A DNA stretch of 64,000 bases from positions 1,632,001-1,696,000 of the forward strand of contig OY729427.2 in the NCBI GenBank assembly GCA_963422375.2. Reading direction: 5' to 3'. A program made the translations under genes and the position numbers. Below, in pieces: positions 11,251 through 22,454 of the stretch. The stretch comes from Bryobacterales bacterium (GTDB lineage Bacteria; Acidobacteriota; Terriglobia; Bryobacterales; UBA6623). The notes beneath the pieces were generated by a model. It made no database searches, had not been told where the DNA came from, and saw only the letters and a program-made list of their open reading frames with translations. Each line of letters starts with the position of its first letter. The stretch's first letter is position 1.

Positions 11251-11724
11251 ATGGCCATGGAGTTGCAAGTCATAGAGAAGCTCGAAGCCGAGATCAGGAA
11301 AATCGAGACGGAGCTTCACGACACGCTCCCGAAGGAAATCCAGAAGGCGCGTGAGCTGGGCGACCTGAGCGAAAACGCCGAGTACTCGGCCGCGAAGGAG
11401 CGCCAGCGGCTTCTGAATGCCCGGATGGCGCAACTGTCGGAGCGTCTGGCGAAGCTCAAGCTCATCGATCTCTCGAAGATTCCGACCGATGCCGCGGGCC
11501 TGGGTTCGACGGTGGTCCTCATCGACCTCGACGAGGACCGCGAATTGACCTACGAACTGGTCACGACCGAGGAATCCGATGTGCCCGCCGGGAAGATTTC
11601 GACTTCCTCGCCGATCGGCAGGTCGCTTCTCGGAAAGCGCGACGGCGACGAGGTGGAGGTCAGGACACCCGGGGGCCTCAAGTCATTCGAGATCGTGAGC
11701 GTGGTGACCATCCACGCGAAGTAG
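11251..11724 (+). CDS. greA: Transcription elongation factor GreA
   Basis: ARELGDLSENAEYSAAK, ISTSSPIGRSLLGK. TATAAT at 11151 upstream. Confidence 0.93.
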   Translation: MAMELQVIEKLEAEIRKIETELHDTLPKEIQKARELGDLSENAEYSAAKERQRLLNARMAQLSERLAKLKLIDLSKIPTDAAGLGSTVVLIDLDEDRELTYELVTTEESDVPAGKISTSSPIGRSLLGKRDGDEVEVRTPGGLKSFEIVSVVTIHAK

Positions 11725-11747
11725 GAGTTCGTGCGAGAGGCCTCGAG

Positions 11748-12428
11748 ATGTCGTTCACGAAGGCGATAGGGAGGGTGCTCGGCTTCGTCCTGACGCGCTT
11801 GGTGCGGCTCCTAACCCTGAGCGGCGTCCATCCCAACGTCCTGACCCTGATCGGCTTGGTCGTGAACGGGGTCGCGGCTTGGATCCTGGCTCGGGGCGAG
11901 TTCCTCTACGCGGGTCTCGTGATTCTCGGTGCCGCGGTCTTCGACCTCACGGACGGGGCGGTGGCGCGGAGCGCCAACAAGGTCACGCGCTTCGGGGCGT
12001 TCCTCGATTCGGTAATGGACCGCTATTCGGACCTGATCATTCTGACCGGGCTGCTGGTGCATTACGCCCGCATCGACCGGTTCAGCTACATCGTCCTGAC
12101 CGCCGTGGTGATGATAGGCTCGGTTCTGGTCAGCTACAGCCGGGCCCGCGCCGAGAACCTCATCGAATCCTGCAAGGTGGGATTCCTCGAGCGGCCCGAG
12201 CGGATCGTGCTGCTGCTCATCGGAGCGCTGTTCGACAGGATGGCGGCCGTGCTTTGGGTGATGGCGGTTCTGTCCAACGTCACGGTGATTCACCGGATCG
12301 CGCATACGTGGAACGAGAGCCGCCGCGCCGGGGACGGCGCCGAGCAGGACGCCGAGGAGGCGGATGAATCCCGACTGGCGGAACCTTCGGGCCAGGCGGA
12401 GCTGCAGGAAGGCTATCGGTCCGTCTGA
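11748..12428 (+). CDS. CDP-alcohol phosphatidyltransferase family protein
   Basis: HPNVLT, DLTDGAVAR...FGAFLDSVMDRYSD signature; hydrophobic helices. Confidence 0.93.
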   Translation: MSFTKAIGRVLGFVLTRLVRLLTLSGVHPNVLTLIGLVVNGVAAWILARGEFLYAGLVILGAAVFDLTDGAVARSANKVTRFGAFLDSVMDRYSDLIILTGLLVHYARIDRFSYIVLTAVVMIGSVLVSYSRARAENLIESCKVGFLERPERIVLLLIGALFDRMAAVLWVMAVLSNVTVIHRIAHTWNESRRAGDGAEQDAEEADESRLAEPSGQAELQEGYRSV

Positions 12429-12477
12429 CGCCGGCCGCGGTCGGCGCGCTCGTCGCTGGGTCGCGGCTTCGGATCCG

Positions 12478-14298
12478 TCAGTGCCCGGAGCGCGGCGGGT
12501 CCCGCCCGAGCATGCGATCCAGGCAGAATGCCGCGCTGATCAGTCCGAGATGGGTGAACGCCTGCGGGAAGTTCCCGAGCGCCTGGCCGCTCGGCCCGAT
12601 CTGCTCCGCGTACAGCCCGAGCGGGTTGGCGTAGGTGAGCATCTTCTCGAAGATCAGCCGCGCCTCGTCGATCCGCCCGGCGCGAGCGAGCGCCTCGACC
12701 AGCCAGAACGTGCAGACGCTGAACGTGCCTTCCGAACCCGACAGGCCGTCCCCGGCGCCCTTGCCGATCTCGTAACGGTACACCAACGAGTCCGAGACCA
12801 GCTCCCCCACGGTGCGGTCCAGGGTCGCCAGCATCCGCGGGTCCGTGGGCGACACGAATCGCACGAGGGGCATCAGGAGGTTGCTCGCGTCGAGCGCCTC
12901 GGCGCCGTAATACTGCACGAACGCCTGCCGTTTCGGATTCCAGCCGTTCTTCATGACCGACTCGTAGATCCGGTCGCGCGTGCTGCGCAGCCACTCCCGG
13001 TTGTTCGGCAGCCCGCGCTTCAGCGCCAGGCGCAGCCCGCGGTCTAGTGCGACCCAGCACTGCATCTTCGAGTAGACGAACTGCATCCGCTCCGCCCGCA
13101 CCTCCCAGATGCCCTCGTCCGGCGACTCCCAGTGACGGGCGACCCAGCGCAGCATGTTGCGAATCTGAATCCAGAGATCGTAGGAGACCGGCGTCACGTA
13201 CTTGTCGTACAGGTAGATCGAGTCGATCAGCTCGCCGTAGATGTCCAACTGCAACTGCCCGGTCGCGGCGTTGCCGACTCGAACGGGGCGCGACTCCCGG
13301 TAGCCCCCGAGATGCGGCAGCTCCAGCTCGGGTATGTCGGGGCTGCCGTCGATGCGGTACATGATCTGCAGCGGGCCGGTGGGGGCGTCCTTCTCCTGGA
13401 CCCGCGTCTGCAGCCAGTGCATGAAGTCAGCCGCCTCCTCCCCGTAGCCGAGGCGCAGGAAGGCATAGATCGTGAAGGCCGCGTCGCGAATCCACGTGTA
13501 GCGGTAGTCCCAGTTGCGCACCCCGCCGATTTCCTCGGGCAGGCTGCAGGTGGGCGCTGCCACGATCGCGCCCGTCGGCTGGAACGTCAGCAGCTTGAGC
13601 GCGAGCGCGCTGCGCTCGACCATTTCCCGCCAGCGGCCCTCGTAGCGTCCGCGGTTCAGCCACTTGCGCCAGAACCTCGTCGTCCGGTGCAGCGCCTCCG
13701 CGCCGTTGATCGGAGCTGCCAGCAGGGCCGCGCCCGTTCCCGGCTCTCCGTACCGAAACGCGAATACAGCCTGTTCGCCGGGCTGCAAGTTGAACTGCGC
13801 GCACACCCCGCCCTCTGCCGGGCGGAGCGGAACGGGGCTGAGCAGCGCGAAGTCCGCTCCGGGGTAGCGGAAGGCGGCCCCTTCCGGCCGGAGCGCTGTA
13901 TCGTGCCTGGCCCGGGCGTAATCGTAGGCGGGCTTGCATTCGAGACGGCACGGCAGCGTGCCCCGGACCGAGTGGACGATCCTCACGATCTCGTGCAGCT
14001 TCGCTCCGCCCTTGGGCACCACCGGCATGAAGTCGATGACCTCGCCCACGCCCTCCTCGCTGAGGAACCGGGTGATCAGCACGTTCGTTTCGGGAAGGTA
14101 CAGCTGCCTGTGCGAGCTGTCGCGCTGGACGGCGATCTTGAAGTAGCCGCCCTTGGCCTCGTCGAGAATGGCGGCGAAGACGCTGGGGGAATCGAAATGC
14201 GGCAGGCAGCACCAGTCGATCGAACCGTCGTTCGCGACGAGCGCCACTGAATGCAGGTCACCTACGACACCGTAGGACTCGATCGGCTTGTAGGGCAT
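12478..14298 (-). CDS. Glycoside hydrolase family 15 (trehalase/glucoamylase-like)
   Basis: [48 protein letters not shown]. Confidence 0.93.
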   Translation of the reverse strand: MPYKPIESYGVVGDLHSVALVANDGSIDWCCLPHFDSPSVFAAILDEAKGGYFKIAVQRDSSHRQLYLPETNVLITRFLSEEGVGEVIDFMPVVPKGGAKLHEIVRIVHSVRGTLPCRLECKPAYDYARARHDTALRPEGAAFRYPGADFALLSPVPLRPAEGGVCAQFNLQPGEQAVFAFRYGEPGTGAALLAAPINGAEALHRTTRFWRKWLNRGRYEGRWREMVERSALALKLLTFQPTGAIVAAPTCSLPEEIGGVRNWDYRYTWIRDAAFTIYAFLRLGYGEEAADFMHWLQTRVQEKDAPTGPLQIMYRIDGSPDIPELELPHLGGYRESRPVRVGNAATGQLQLDIYGELIDSIYLYDKYVTPVSYDLWIQIRNMLRWVARHWESPDEGIWEVRAERMQFVYSKMQCWVALDRGLRLALKRGLPNNREWLRSTRDRIYESVMKNGWNPKRQAFVQYYGAEALDASNLLMPLVRFVSPTDPRMLATLDRTVGELVSDSLVYRYEIGKGAGDGLSGSEGTFSVCTFWLVEALARAGRIDEARLIFEKMLTYANPLGLYAEQIGPSGQALGNFPQAFTHLGLISAAFCLDRMLGRDPPRSGH

Positions 14299-14703
14299 GC
14301 CAGCTAGAGGGAACCAGGTGCCGCTCGACGGAGCGGTCGGTTCGCGACTCGCGAAACATCAAGAATAGCCGCCCCGTCCGACGGGTCCTTCCTCGGGTTC
14401 CCGCTCGCCTGCCGGGCGGGACCGGAGACCCGCCGCAGCCACGGGGCCGTGCCTTCGTTCCGGCCGATCCCCTTTCTCGACGGGATTGGACGGCCGCCCG
14501 GAAGGCCGTGCAGGCGCGCCGGCCCGATGGCGCGCCGGGCTCGGACCGGCTGGCCGCTTGCGTGTCCCTCGGGGGGCGGCCGCGCCCTTGCGAGGGCTCT
14601 GGCGGCCTCGCAAGGGCCCTCGCCTCCGCCGTGCTAGACTGCGGGGGTCGCCCGGCGCTTCCGAGGCCCCGCGCCCGGAAAAGCCCGTTAGAGGTCTCAT
14701 GCC

Positions 14704-16683
14704 GTGCTACTGACGTTGGAAGTGCGCCTGAAGGCGGCGCTCTCCGCGCACATCAAGCAGCAGTACGGTCTCGCCACGGACGTGGTCGTCGAGCTGCCCA
14801 AGCACCCCTCGCACGGGGACTTGGCGACGCCGGTCTGCTTCAGCCTCGCCAAGGCGTTGAGACGCGCCCCGCGGCTGATCGCGAGGGAAATCGCGATTCA
14901 GCTGCCGCCCGTGGTCGGAATCCGCTCGCTGGAGGTCGCCGGAGGCGGATACATCAACGCTCGCTTCGACAGGGCGGCGTACGCGGAGGGGGCCTTCGCC
15001 GGCGCCGAGCCAAGCCCCGCCGACACCTCCAAGGCCATTGTCGAGCACACCAACATCAATCCGAACAAGGCCGCCCACATCGGGCACCTGCGCAATGCGG
15101 TGCTCGGGGACACCTTGGTCCGGATGCTGCGCGCCCTCGGCCGGCCGGTCGAGACGCAGAACTACATCGACAACACCGGCGTCCAGGTGGCCGACGTCGT
15201 GGCGGCGCTTCGGTTCATGCGGGGCATGGACGCCGAGGGCGTGCGGAGGCTCGCGCGCGAGCCGGGGATCCGGTTCGACTTCTACTGCTGGGATCTGTAC
15301 GCCGAGATCTCGCGGCTTCTGACCGCGAAGGATCCCGAGGCGCTGCGCTGGCGCAGGGACACTCTCCGGGCCCTCGAGTCGGGCGAGGGCGAGCTCGCCG
15401 CTATCGGAGCCGTCGTAGCAGACACCATCGTGACCTGCCACCTAGCCACGATGCGGCGCATCGGAGCGGACTACGACTTGCTGCCGCGGGAGAGCGAGAT
15501 CCTGAAGCTCCGCTTGTGGTCGTCGGCGTTCGAGCTGCTCAAGGCGCGCGGCGCGGTCCGGCTCGAGTCTTCCGGAAGGAATGCCGGCTGCTGGGTCATG
15601 CCGGCGGCGATGTTCCGGAACGCGCCCGCGGGCGGGGCGTCTCCCTCCGATCCGGATGGCTCCCTGGACAAGGTGATCGTGCGTTCAGACGGCACCGTCA
15701 CGTACGTCGGGAAGGATATCGCCTACCAGTTGTGGAAATTCGGCCTGCTGGAGGGCAAGGACTTCGCGTACGTTCCGTCGGGCGGATCGGCCGGAGGCCG
15801 TCCCTGGGTGACGACCTCGGGGCCGGGCGCGGCCGGCGCCCCCCGCTTCGGCGGCGGCTCCGAGGTCTTCAACGTGATCGACGTGCGCCAGTCGTACCTG
15901 CAGGACGTGGTGCGCGCCGCCCTCGCCGCCCTCGGCTTCGTGGAGCAGGCCAGGCGCAGCGTTCATTTCTCGTACGAGATGGTCGCCCTCACGCCGCGGT
16001 GCTGCGCGGAGCTCGGAATCCGGCTCAGCGAGAGCGAGAGATCCAAGGCCTACGTGGAGGTCTCGGGCCGCAAGGGCTTGGGCGTCAAGGCCGACGACCT
16101 GCTGGATCTGCTCGTCGACACCGCGCTCGACGAGGTCCGCGGCCGGCACGGGGACTTGGAGGATGCTGAGTGCCGCCGAATCGCGGAGCAGATCGCGGTC
16201 GGAGCCCTGCGGTTCTTCATGCTGCGGTTCACGCGCAACACGGTGATCGCGTTCGATTTCCAGGAGGCGCTGGCCTTCGAGGGGGAGACCGGCCCGTATG
16301 TTCAGTACGCGGCCGTCCGGGCGCGGAACATCCTGCGCAAGCACGCGGCGGCGCGAGGCCCTTCCGCTGCGGCGGCCGGCGTTCCGTCGCGCGACGCCCT
16401 GGAGCGCCATCTCGGGGACGACCGGCTCTGGCAGCTGGTACTGGCGATCTCTCAGTCGCGCTGGGCGGTGGCGAGGTCCCGCGCCGCCGGCGAGCCCGCG
16501 CAGGTTGCCCGCACTGCCTTCCAGGCCGCCCAGGCCTTCAGCAACTTCTACCACCAGACGCACGTCCTGACAGAGGAGGACCCGCAGCGGCAGGCCGTGC
16601 AGGTTGCCGTCGTGCGCCTCGCTCTGGACGAGCTCTCCTTCCTGATGGGCGTGATGGGCATTCCCGTGCCCTCGCGCATGTGA
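14704..16683 (+). CDS. argS: Arginine--tRNA ligase
   Basis: [18 protein letters not shown] (HIGH), [32 protein letters not shown]. Confidence 0.96.
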   Translation: MLLTLEVRLKAALSAHIKQQYGLATDVVVELPKHPSHGDLATPVCFSLAKALRRAPRLIAREIAIQLPPVVGIRSLEVAGGGYINARFDRAAYAEGAFAGAEPSPADTSKAIVEHTNINPNKAAHIGHLRNAVLGDTLVRMLRALGRPVETQNYIDNTGVQVADVVAALRFMRGMDAEGVRRLAREPGIRFDFYCWDLYAEISRLLTAKDPEALRWRRDTLRALESGEGELAAIGAVVADTIVTCHLATMRRIGADYDLLPRESEILKLRLWSSAFELLKARGAVRLESSGRNAGCWVMPAAMFRNAPAGGASPSDPDGSLDKVIVRSDGTVTYVGKDIAYQLWKFGLLEGKDFAYVPSGGSAGGRPWVTTSGPGAAGAPRFGGGSEVFNVIDVRQSYLQDVVRAALAALGFVEQARRSVHFSYEMVALTPRCCAELGIRLSESERSKAYVEVSGRKGLGVKADDLLDLLVDTALDEVRGRHGDLEDAECRRIAEQIAVGALRFFMLRFTRNTVIAFDFQEALAFEGETGPYVQYAAVRARNILRKHAAARGPSAAAAGVPSRDALERHLGDDRLWQLVLAISQSRWAVARSRAAGEPAQVARTAFQAAQAFSNFYHQTHVLTEEDPQRQAVQVAVVRLALDELSFLMGVMGIPVPSRM

Positions 16684-16698
16684 CTGGAACCCGTCGTC

Positions 16699-17862
16699 AT
16701 GCGAGATTCGACCTTGGAGCGCTGCCGGGCCATTGTGGATCTGCGCGCAATCCAGGACAACTTCGTCCGCCTGCGCGCTCTGGCCGGCGAGGGGATCGCC
16801 CTGTTGTGCGTGATCAAGGCCGACGCCTACGGGCACGGCGCCAAGCCGGTGGGCCGTGCCCTGTGGAGCGCCGGCGCCCGGCACTTCGCGGTGACCTCCG
16901 TGGACGAGGCGGTCGAATTGCGGGACGGCGGTCTCGGCGGCTCGATCGTGGTGCTCTGCGGGATCCATCCCGACAGGGAGAAGGAAGCCGCCGTTCGCGG
17001 CATCGAGCCCATGGTCGGCTCGGTCGGCCAGCTGCGCGCTTGGGACGCCGAGGCGAAGCGGCTGGGGCGCAGGCTGTCCTGCCACCTGCTATTGAACACG
17101 GGCATGAACCGGCTGGGCGTCGATTTCGAGCCCGGCCAGGCCTCGGGAGCGAGCGGCCTGCTCGAGACGCTGGCATCGTGCGAGTGGATCGCCGTGCGAG
17201 GCATAGCGACGCACTACGTCGCGGCCGAGGACCTGGCCTCGGGGCAGACTGAGCGGCAGGCCAGCCAGTTCGCGCGGCAGGTGGAGGCCTTGCGGAACGC
17301 GGGCGTGACGCCGCGACACGTGCATGCCGCCAACAGCGCGGCCATCGTTCGCGGCCTGTGCGGGGCCCGCGAGACGCTGGCCCGGCCCGGGCTCGCCCTG
17401 TACGGGTACGTCAACCGGCTCTCGGATCGGTCGGCCCCCGCCGCCGACCCGGGCCTCCGTCCCGCCTTGGAGTGGCGCGCGAGGCTGCAGGTCGTCCGCG
17501 ACGTCCCCGCGGGCGCCGCGATGGGTTACGGCGCGACGTTCACGGCAGACCGCCCGATGCGAGTCGGGGTCCTGTCCGTCGGCTACGGGGACGGCCTCGA
17601 CTGGCGGCTGTCGAACCGCGGAGCGGTGTCGGTCGGCGGGACGCTGTGCGCCATCGTGGGGCGGATCAGCATGGATCTGACGATCATCGATCTGAGCGAC
17701 GCGCCGGACGCCGAAGTGGGCGACGAGGCCGTGCTGCTGGGCGGCCCTGCGCTCGACGCCCAACGCCTAGCCGAGTTGGTCGGCAGCATTCCCTACGAAG
17801 TGCTCTGCCGCATCTCGCGACGCGTGCCGAGGGAGTACGTCCGACGGCCTATCGGCCGATGA
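16699..17862 (+). CDS. alr: Alanine racemase
   Basis: VIKADAYGHGA (PLP Lys), TGMNRLG, HAANSA, VGRISMD, SIPYEVLC. Confidence 0.95.
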   Translation: MRDSTLERCRAIVDLRAIQDNFVRLRALAGEGIALLCVIKADAYGHGAKPVGRALWSAGARHFAVTSVDEAVELRDGGLGGSIVVLCGIHPDREKEAAVRGIEPMVGSVGQLRAWDAEAKRLGRRLSCHLLLNTGMNRLGVDFEPGQASGASGLLETLASCEWIAVRGIATHYVAAEDLASGQTERQASQFARQVEALRNAGVTPRHVHAANSAAIVRGLCGARETLARPGLALYGYVNRLSDRSAPAADPGLRPALEWRARLQVVRDVPAGAAMGYGATFTADRPMRVGVLSVGYGDGLDWRLSNRGAVSVGGTLCAIVGRISMDLTIIDLSDAPDAEVGDEAVLLGGPALDAQRLAELVGSIPYEVLCRISRRVPREYVRRPIGR

Positions 17863-19807
17863 TCAGGTCGACCGCGTTGCTGGCGCGTCCGTCCGCTCGC
17901 AGCACGAGGCACGCCCGTCCGGGCGGCGTGTCTGCCGGCACGGCGACCTCGACGAGATAGATTCCCACGTAGCCGGGCGCGAGATGCGCCGAGCGGACGG
18001 CCGCGGCGGAGCTGCCGACGGCAGCTTCGATGCGCGCCACCGCGCGCGGCGGGGAGGCGTGCGGCGAGGGCAGGCCCGCGGGCCACGGGGGCTCGACCTC
18101 GCCGAGCCCCGTGGCCATGACAAGAACGCTGCTGCCGGGAGGGGCGGGCACGTTCCAGCCGACGAGCGCGCCGGTGCCGGCTTGGAGGATGAGGGGCTCG
18201 CCCGCGACCACGAACAGCGCCGGCGAGACTTCTCGCAGCGGCAGCTCCAGCACGTGGCTGGCTTCGGAGGCGTCCAGCCGGAGCTGCACGGAGCGCCCTC
18301 GCACCGCGAACGGCACCTGCAGCTGGGTGCGACCCTGCGCGGCGTCGAGGATGGGCGCGGGCCGTCCGTCGGCGCGGGCTCGTAGCGCCTTGGTTCCGAA
18401 AATCGTCAGCAGGCTGCCGGGAGCCGCGGGCCGCTCCGACAGGTCGGCCGCGCTCAGGGCTCGCAACGCGCTCTCGACCTGCGGCGTCCGCGTCCAGTAC
18501 ACGCCGTGGCCGGGCAGCGCCACGTAGATCCGGCCCCGCAGCGGCTCTAGGGCCAGATCGCCGATGTCGGTCGACGGCAGGTTCCCGCCGATCTCGTTCC
18601 ACTCCCCGGGCGGGCCCGGCTGGCGCAGGTCGACATGCGCGAAGAACACGCCTCGCGGACCGGCGACGTAGGCGGCGCCCGCCTCCGGGTGGCCCTCCAC
18701 CGCCGTCCAGCGGGCTGGGGGCAGGTTGGAACTGATGTCCAGCCAAGACGCGCCGCCGTTGGTCGAGCGCAGCAGGTGTCCGCCCGCCAGCGCGAGAGCG
18801 GACGCGGGCGCGCCGGTGTCCGCCCAGATGCTCGTGACGTCGCCCTCGGCGGGATCGGTCCACGACAGGGACCATGTTGCGCCGTCGTCGCTCGAGACCC
18901 AGATGCGGCCGTTCGACGTGCCGGCCCAGAGCTGGCCGTTCGAGGCGAAGGAAACGATCGAATGCCCGGCGCACGCGGCCCGGCCGCGGCACTCGGTGAG
19001 GTCGTCCGAGAGAGGCTCCCCGTGCCGCCAGACTCTGTTCGAGACGTCGTACCCGTCGGGGAGGCTTGGCCGGGGCGCGCGCTCGGGCCGGGGAGGAGGC
19101 CTTCGGGGAGGAAGCCGCCCGTCCGCCGCCAGCCACGCGGTCCCGCCCGCCGTCCGGACCAGCTCGAGCGTGCCCAGCGAGTCGGCCTCCAGGCTGGGAG
19201 AGGTCCCCGCGCCGGAAGGCAGGAATCGGGCCGGCGGGAAGTTCGGGAGCGCTCCGTTGAGGCTGCTCCAGGTCACGCCGGCGTCGTGCGATTGCCACAG
19301 CCCCATCGCGTTGCCGACCGCGACCAGCTCGGGGTCAGTCGGCGAGATCGCCAGCACGTCCTGCCATCTCCCGATGACCGACTCGCCCCCGACGGCCGTC
19401 AGGTTCGTCCATTCGGCCCCGCCGTCGTCGGAGCGGTAGAGGTGCTCGCCCAGTGCGTACAGGACGCCGGTACGGTAGGGATTGCGCAGCACCTTGGCGG
19501 ATCCGCCGAAGCCGTCCTGCGGATCGGGTGCGGCGCGGGGCTCGCCGGGCACGCTTTGCGCAGGCCGCCACGCGCCGCCGCCGTCCTCGCTGGCCCAGAG
19601 CGCGCCTCCTTGCAGGCGCGCGTACAGCCGCCGCCCGTCCGCCGAGAACCAAGCGTCGTCGACTGGTCGGCCGACCGGCCCCGCGAGACCCGCGGAGACG
19701 CCCGTGCCGCCGATCCGCTTCCAATCTGCGAGCTCGGCGGGCGTTGCGGGCAGGAACGCGACTAGCGCCCAAGCCGCGCCCGCCAGCATCGCTCGGACGT
19801 GCCGCAT
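17849..19807 (-). CDS. Secreted BNR/Asp-box beta-propeller protein with Solibacter-type (TIGR03437-like) C-terminal domain
   Basis: Signal peptide; repeated Asp-boxes (SEDGG, SDDGG, SHDAG, SSDDG, STNGG); C-terminal APGSLLTIFG...QVPF...ATGLG...LAPGYVGIYLVEVAVP. Confidence 0.8.
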   Translation of the reverse strand: MRHVRAMLAGAAWALVAFLPATPAELADWKRIGGTGVSAGLAGPVGRPVDDAWFSADGRRLYARLQGGALWASEDGGGAWRPAQSVPGEPRAAPDPQDGFGGSAKVLRNPYRTGVLYALGEHLYRSDDGGAEWTNLTAVGGESVIGRWQDVLAISPTDPELVAVGNAMGLWQSHDAGVTWSSLNGALPNFPPARFLPSGAGTSPSLEADSLGTLELVRTAGGTAWLAADGRLPPRRPPPRPERAPRPSLPDGYDVSNRVWRHGEPLSDDLTECRGRAACAGHSIVSFASNGQLWAGTSNGRIWVSSDDGATWSLSWTDPAEGDVTSIWADTGAPASALALAGGHLLRSTNGGASWLDISSNLPPARWTAVEGHPEAGAAYVAGPRGVFFAHVDLRQPGPPGEWNEIGGNLPSTDIGDLALEPLRGRIYVALPGHGVYWTRTPQVESALRALSAADLSERPAAPGSLLTIFGTKALRARADGRPAPILDAAQGRTQLQVPFAVRGRSVQLRLDASEASHVLELPLREVSPALFVVAGEPLILQAGTGALVGWNVPAPPGSSVLVMATGLGEVEPPWPAGLPSPHASPPRAVARIEAAVGSSAAAVRSAHLAPGYVGIYLVEVAVPADTPPGRACLVLRADGRASNAVDLIIGR

Positions 19808-19934
19808 AGAGCAGGGAACTCGTGACGTCCCGACAACCTCAGCCTATCACCCGCTTGGGCCGGGGCGGTCCGTCGGTGCCGCCGCCCGTGCGCCCCGGCC
19901 GGCCGGGGCGCGCAGCGCGACATATAATACCTCT

Positions 19935-20828
19935 ATGTTTTGGGTGGTGCTGGTCGGACTCGGCATTCTGGCGGGGACCGGTTGCGGGCCTCACCTCCGG
20001 GACACCCGGGACGCGGATCGATCCAGCATGGTGCCCATCGAGGGCCGGGAATTCCTCATGGGCACCGACGACGGCGAGCCGTTCGAAGGGCCCGCGCACC
20101 GGGTGAGCCTCGACTCGTTCTTCATAGACGAGCACGAGGTCACGAACGCCCAGTACGCCCGGTTCGTCGAGGCTACCTCCTATGTCACCGACTCCGAGCG
20201 GTTCGGCTGGTCGGGCGTGTTCGACCCGCAGCAGAAAGGCTGGACGCCGGGCGACGGCGCGGACTGGCGCCATCCCCACGGTCCGGGCTCGTCCTACGAG
20301 GACATGCTCGACTTCCCGGTGGTGCATCTGTCTTGGCGCGACGCGGACGCCTACTGCGCGTGGAAGGGAGCTCGCCTGCCGACAGAGGCCGAGTTCGAGT
20401 TCGCCGCGCGGGGCGGCCTGGAAGGCGCTAAGTACGCTTGGGGCGACCAGCTGACGCCGGGCGGCGTCTATCAGGCCAACTTGTGGCAGGGGGCGTTCCC
20501 GTACGAGGACCGCGCGCTCGACGGCTACGGCAGCCACGGACCGGTCAAGCGGTTCCCAGCCAACGGATACGGGCTGTACGACATGACGGGCAATGTCTGG
20601 GAGTGGGTGAACGACTGGTTCGCGCCGGACTACTTCGCTGCGTCGCCGGCGATCAACCCTCTCGGACCGGCCTCGGGCACTCAGAAGGTGCAGCGCGGGG
20701 GCAGCTGGCTCTGCAGCGAGAACTACTGCCAGGGCTACCGGGTCGCCGCGAGGATGATGACCGATAGCGACTCGGGCCTGAACAACCTGGGATTCCGCTG
20801 CGCCGCCTCCGACCCGTCCGCCGACTAG
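19935..20828 (+). CDS. Formylglycine-generating enzyme (SUMF1/FGE) family protein, probable lipoprotein
   Basis: HEVTNAQY, PVVHLSWRDA, RLPTEAEFE, GNVWEW, RGGSWLCSENYCQGYR, GFRCA; lipobox-like LAGTGC. Confidence 0.9.
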   Translation: MFWVVLVGLGILAGTGCGPHLRDTRDADRSSMVPIEGREFLMGTDDGEPFEGPAHRVSLDSFFIDEHEVTNAQYARFVEATSYVTDSERFGWSGVFDPQQKGWTPGDGADWRHPHGPGSSYEDMLDFPVVHLSWRDADAYCAWKGARLPTEAEFEFAARGGLEGAKYAWGDQLTPGGVYQANLWQGAFPYEDRALDGYGSHGPVKRFPANGYGLYDMTGNVWEWVNDWFAPDYFAASPAINPLGPASGTQKVQRGGSWLCSENYCQGYRVAARMMTDSDSGLNNLGFRCAASDPSAD

Positions 20829-22207
20829 TCCGGCCCCGGCTGCAATGCCTGCTTCCGGCTGCCGCCGAATGCAAGCTTGAGCAGCGGCGGCGTTACCAGC
20901 GTGGTCGCCATGACCATCGCGACGATCGAGGAGAACGTGTCGGGGCTAAGCACGGGGCTGCCCGCGATCAGCACCGACGAGCCGATGCCCGCGAAGATCA
21001 GTCCCACCTCGCCGCGCGGGATCATGCCCACGCCCACGGCCCAGCGATTCAGGCCCTTCTCGAGCACGCCCAGCGCACAGGCGAGCTTGCTGACGATCGC
21101 GACGATGCTCAAGATGCCCGCGAAGACCAGCACTTCCGTGAAGGCGAACGAGACTAGGTCGACCCGCATGCCCATGTAGACGAAGAAGACGGGCACGAAG
21201 ATGGCGCTGATGGGGGCCACCAGCCCGTCGATGCGGAACTTCTCGCTCTGCTGGCCGAAGTGTCGCGAGATCGCGTCGTCGATCACCAAGCCTGCGGCGA
21301 AGGCTCCCACGATGTCGGCGAGGCCGACCAGCTCCGCCAGCGCTGCCATGCCAAAGCAGTACGAGATGGCGAGGGCGATCGGCATGGACGTGGAGCGGGC
21401 CTTGCGCACGATCGAGATCAGCGGCTGGATGACCCACCGCCCCATCAGAACCGCTCCCGCGAGGAATCCGATGGCTTTCGCCACGCTCCACAGGATCGGC
21501 AGCGCCCCGATCTCCGTGGCCGCGCCAGCGTCCACCGACCGGACCAGGCCGAGCACGAACGCGAGGACGGTCAGCCCGAGGATGTCGTCCACTACCGCGG
21601 CGCCTAGGATCACCTTGGATTCCGGCGCGCCCATGGCGCCGAGGTCTTTCAGCACGCGGGCCGTGATGCCGACGCTGGTCGCGGCGAGGGTCGCGCCCAC
21701 GAACAGGTGGACATGCCATTCCGCGTCCTCCGGCATGAAGGCCGCCGACGCCGCGTAGCCCAGGCCGATCGGCGCGACAACGCCAAGCAAGGCTACGGTC
21801 AGCGCCGACGGGCCGACCGCCAAGAGCTCGTCGAGGTCGCTGTCCAGGCCCACCTCGAACAGCAGGAGAATCACGCCGATCTCCGCGGCGATCTCGAGGA
21901 ACGGCGCCTCGCGGAGAGTGTCCGCGAAACCGAATCCGGCCAGCCCGAGATTCCCGATCAGGATGCCGAACACGAGCTCTCCCAGGACCGAGGGCTGGCC
22001 GAGGCGGTCGAAGAGCTCGCCTCCGACTTTGGCGCTGAGCAGGATGGCGGAGATCGCCAGCAGGAACCTGGTCACGTCCCCGTTGTGGGCTCCCATGTCG
22101 GCCGCGTCGGCCACGGCCCAGACACCCGCGCCGACGGCGGCTACCGTCAGGAGACGGCCGACCGCCAGCTTGCGGAAGAATCGGTCGGAGGAGAGAAGGG
22201 AAGGCAC
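20825..22207 (-). CDS. Cation:proton antiporter (CPA2, NapA/Kef-like)
   Basis: GQPSVLGEL, ATSVGITARVL, GAAVVDDILG, GMIPRGEVGL; many TM segments. Start uncertain. Confidence 0.92.
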   Translation of the reverse strand: MPSLLSSDRFFRKLAVGRLLTVAAVGAGVWAVADAADMGAHNGDVTRFLLAISAILLSAKVGGELFDRLGQPSVLGELVFGILIGNLGLAGFGFADTLREAPFLEIAAEIGVILLLFEVGLDSDLDELLAVGPSALTVALLGVVAPIGLGYAASAAFMPEDAEWHVHLFVGATLAATSVGITARVLKDLGAMGAPESKVILGAAVVDDILGLTVLAFVLGLVRSVDAGAATEIGALPILWSVAKAIGFLAGAVLMGRWVIQPLISIVRKARSTSMPIALAISYCFGMAALAELVGLADIVGAFAAGLVIDDAISRHFGQQSEKFRIDGLVAPISAIFVPVFFVYMGMRVDLVSFAFTEVLVFAGILSIVAIVSKLACALGVLEKGLNRWAVGVGMIPRGEVGLIFAGIGSSVLIAGSPVLSPDTFSSIVAMVMATTLVTPPLLKLAFGGSRKQALQPGPD

Positions 22208-22454
22208 TGATGGCCTCCTTGGGGAGGGAAGGCTGCTGCAACGGGCCCGTCGCGGGGCACCGGGTCAGGAGGCAGCCGTCAAGTCCCATCCTAGCGAACT
22301 CGCGACGGTATTCGCAGCGGCTAAGGCGGGGACAGCGCGGCCGAGAGGATCTAAGTCCTTGCTTCTCAACGCAGGGATTTCTTGCGGCTATGACTTGACT
22401 TCTGCGAAGCCAATTGCCAGCCTATTCTCTGGCCGAGCCCCGCCGACGGACTGC

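Noticed and set aside
21918..22454. N-terminal extension of the 845-aa ORF
   Set aside because: Overlaps the antiporter antisense strand and intergenic DNA; the plausible start is ATG 22455.
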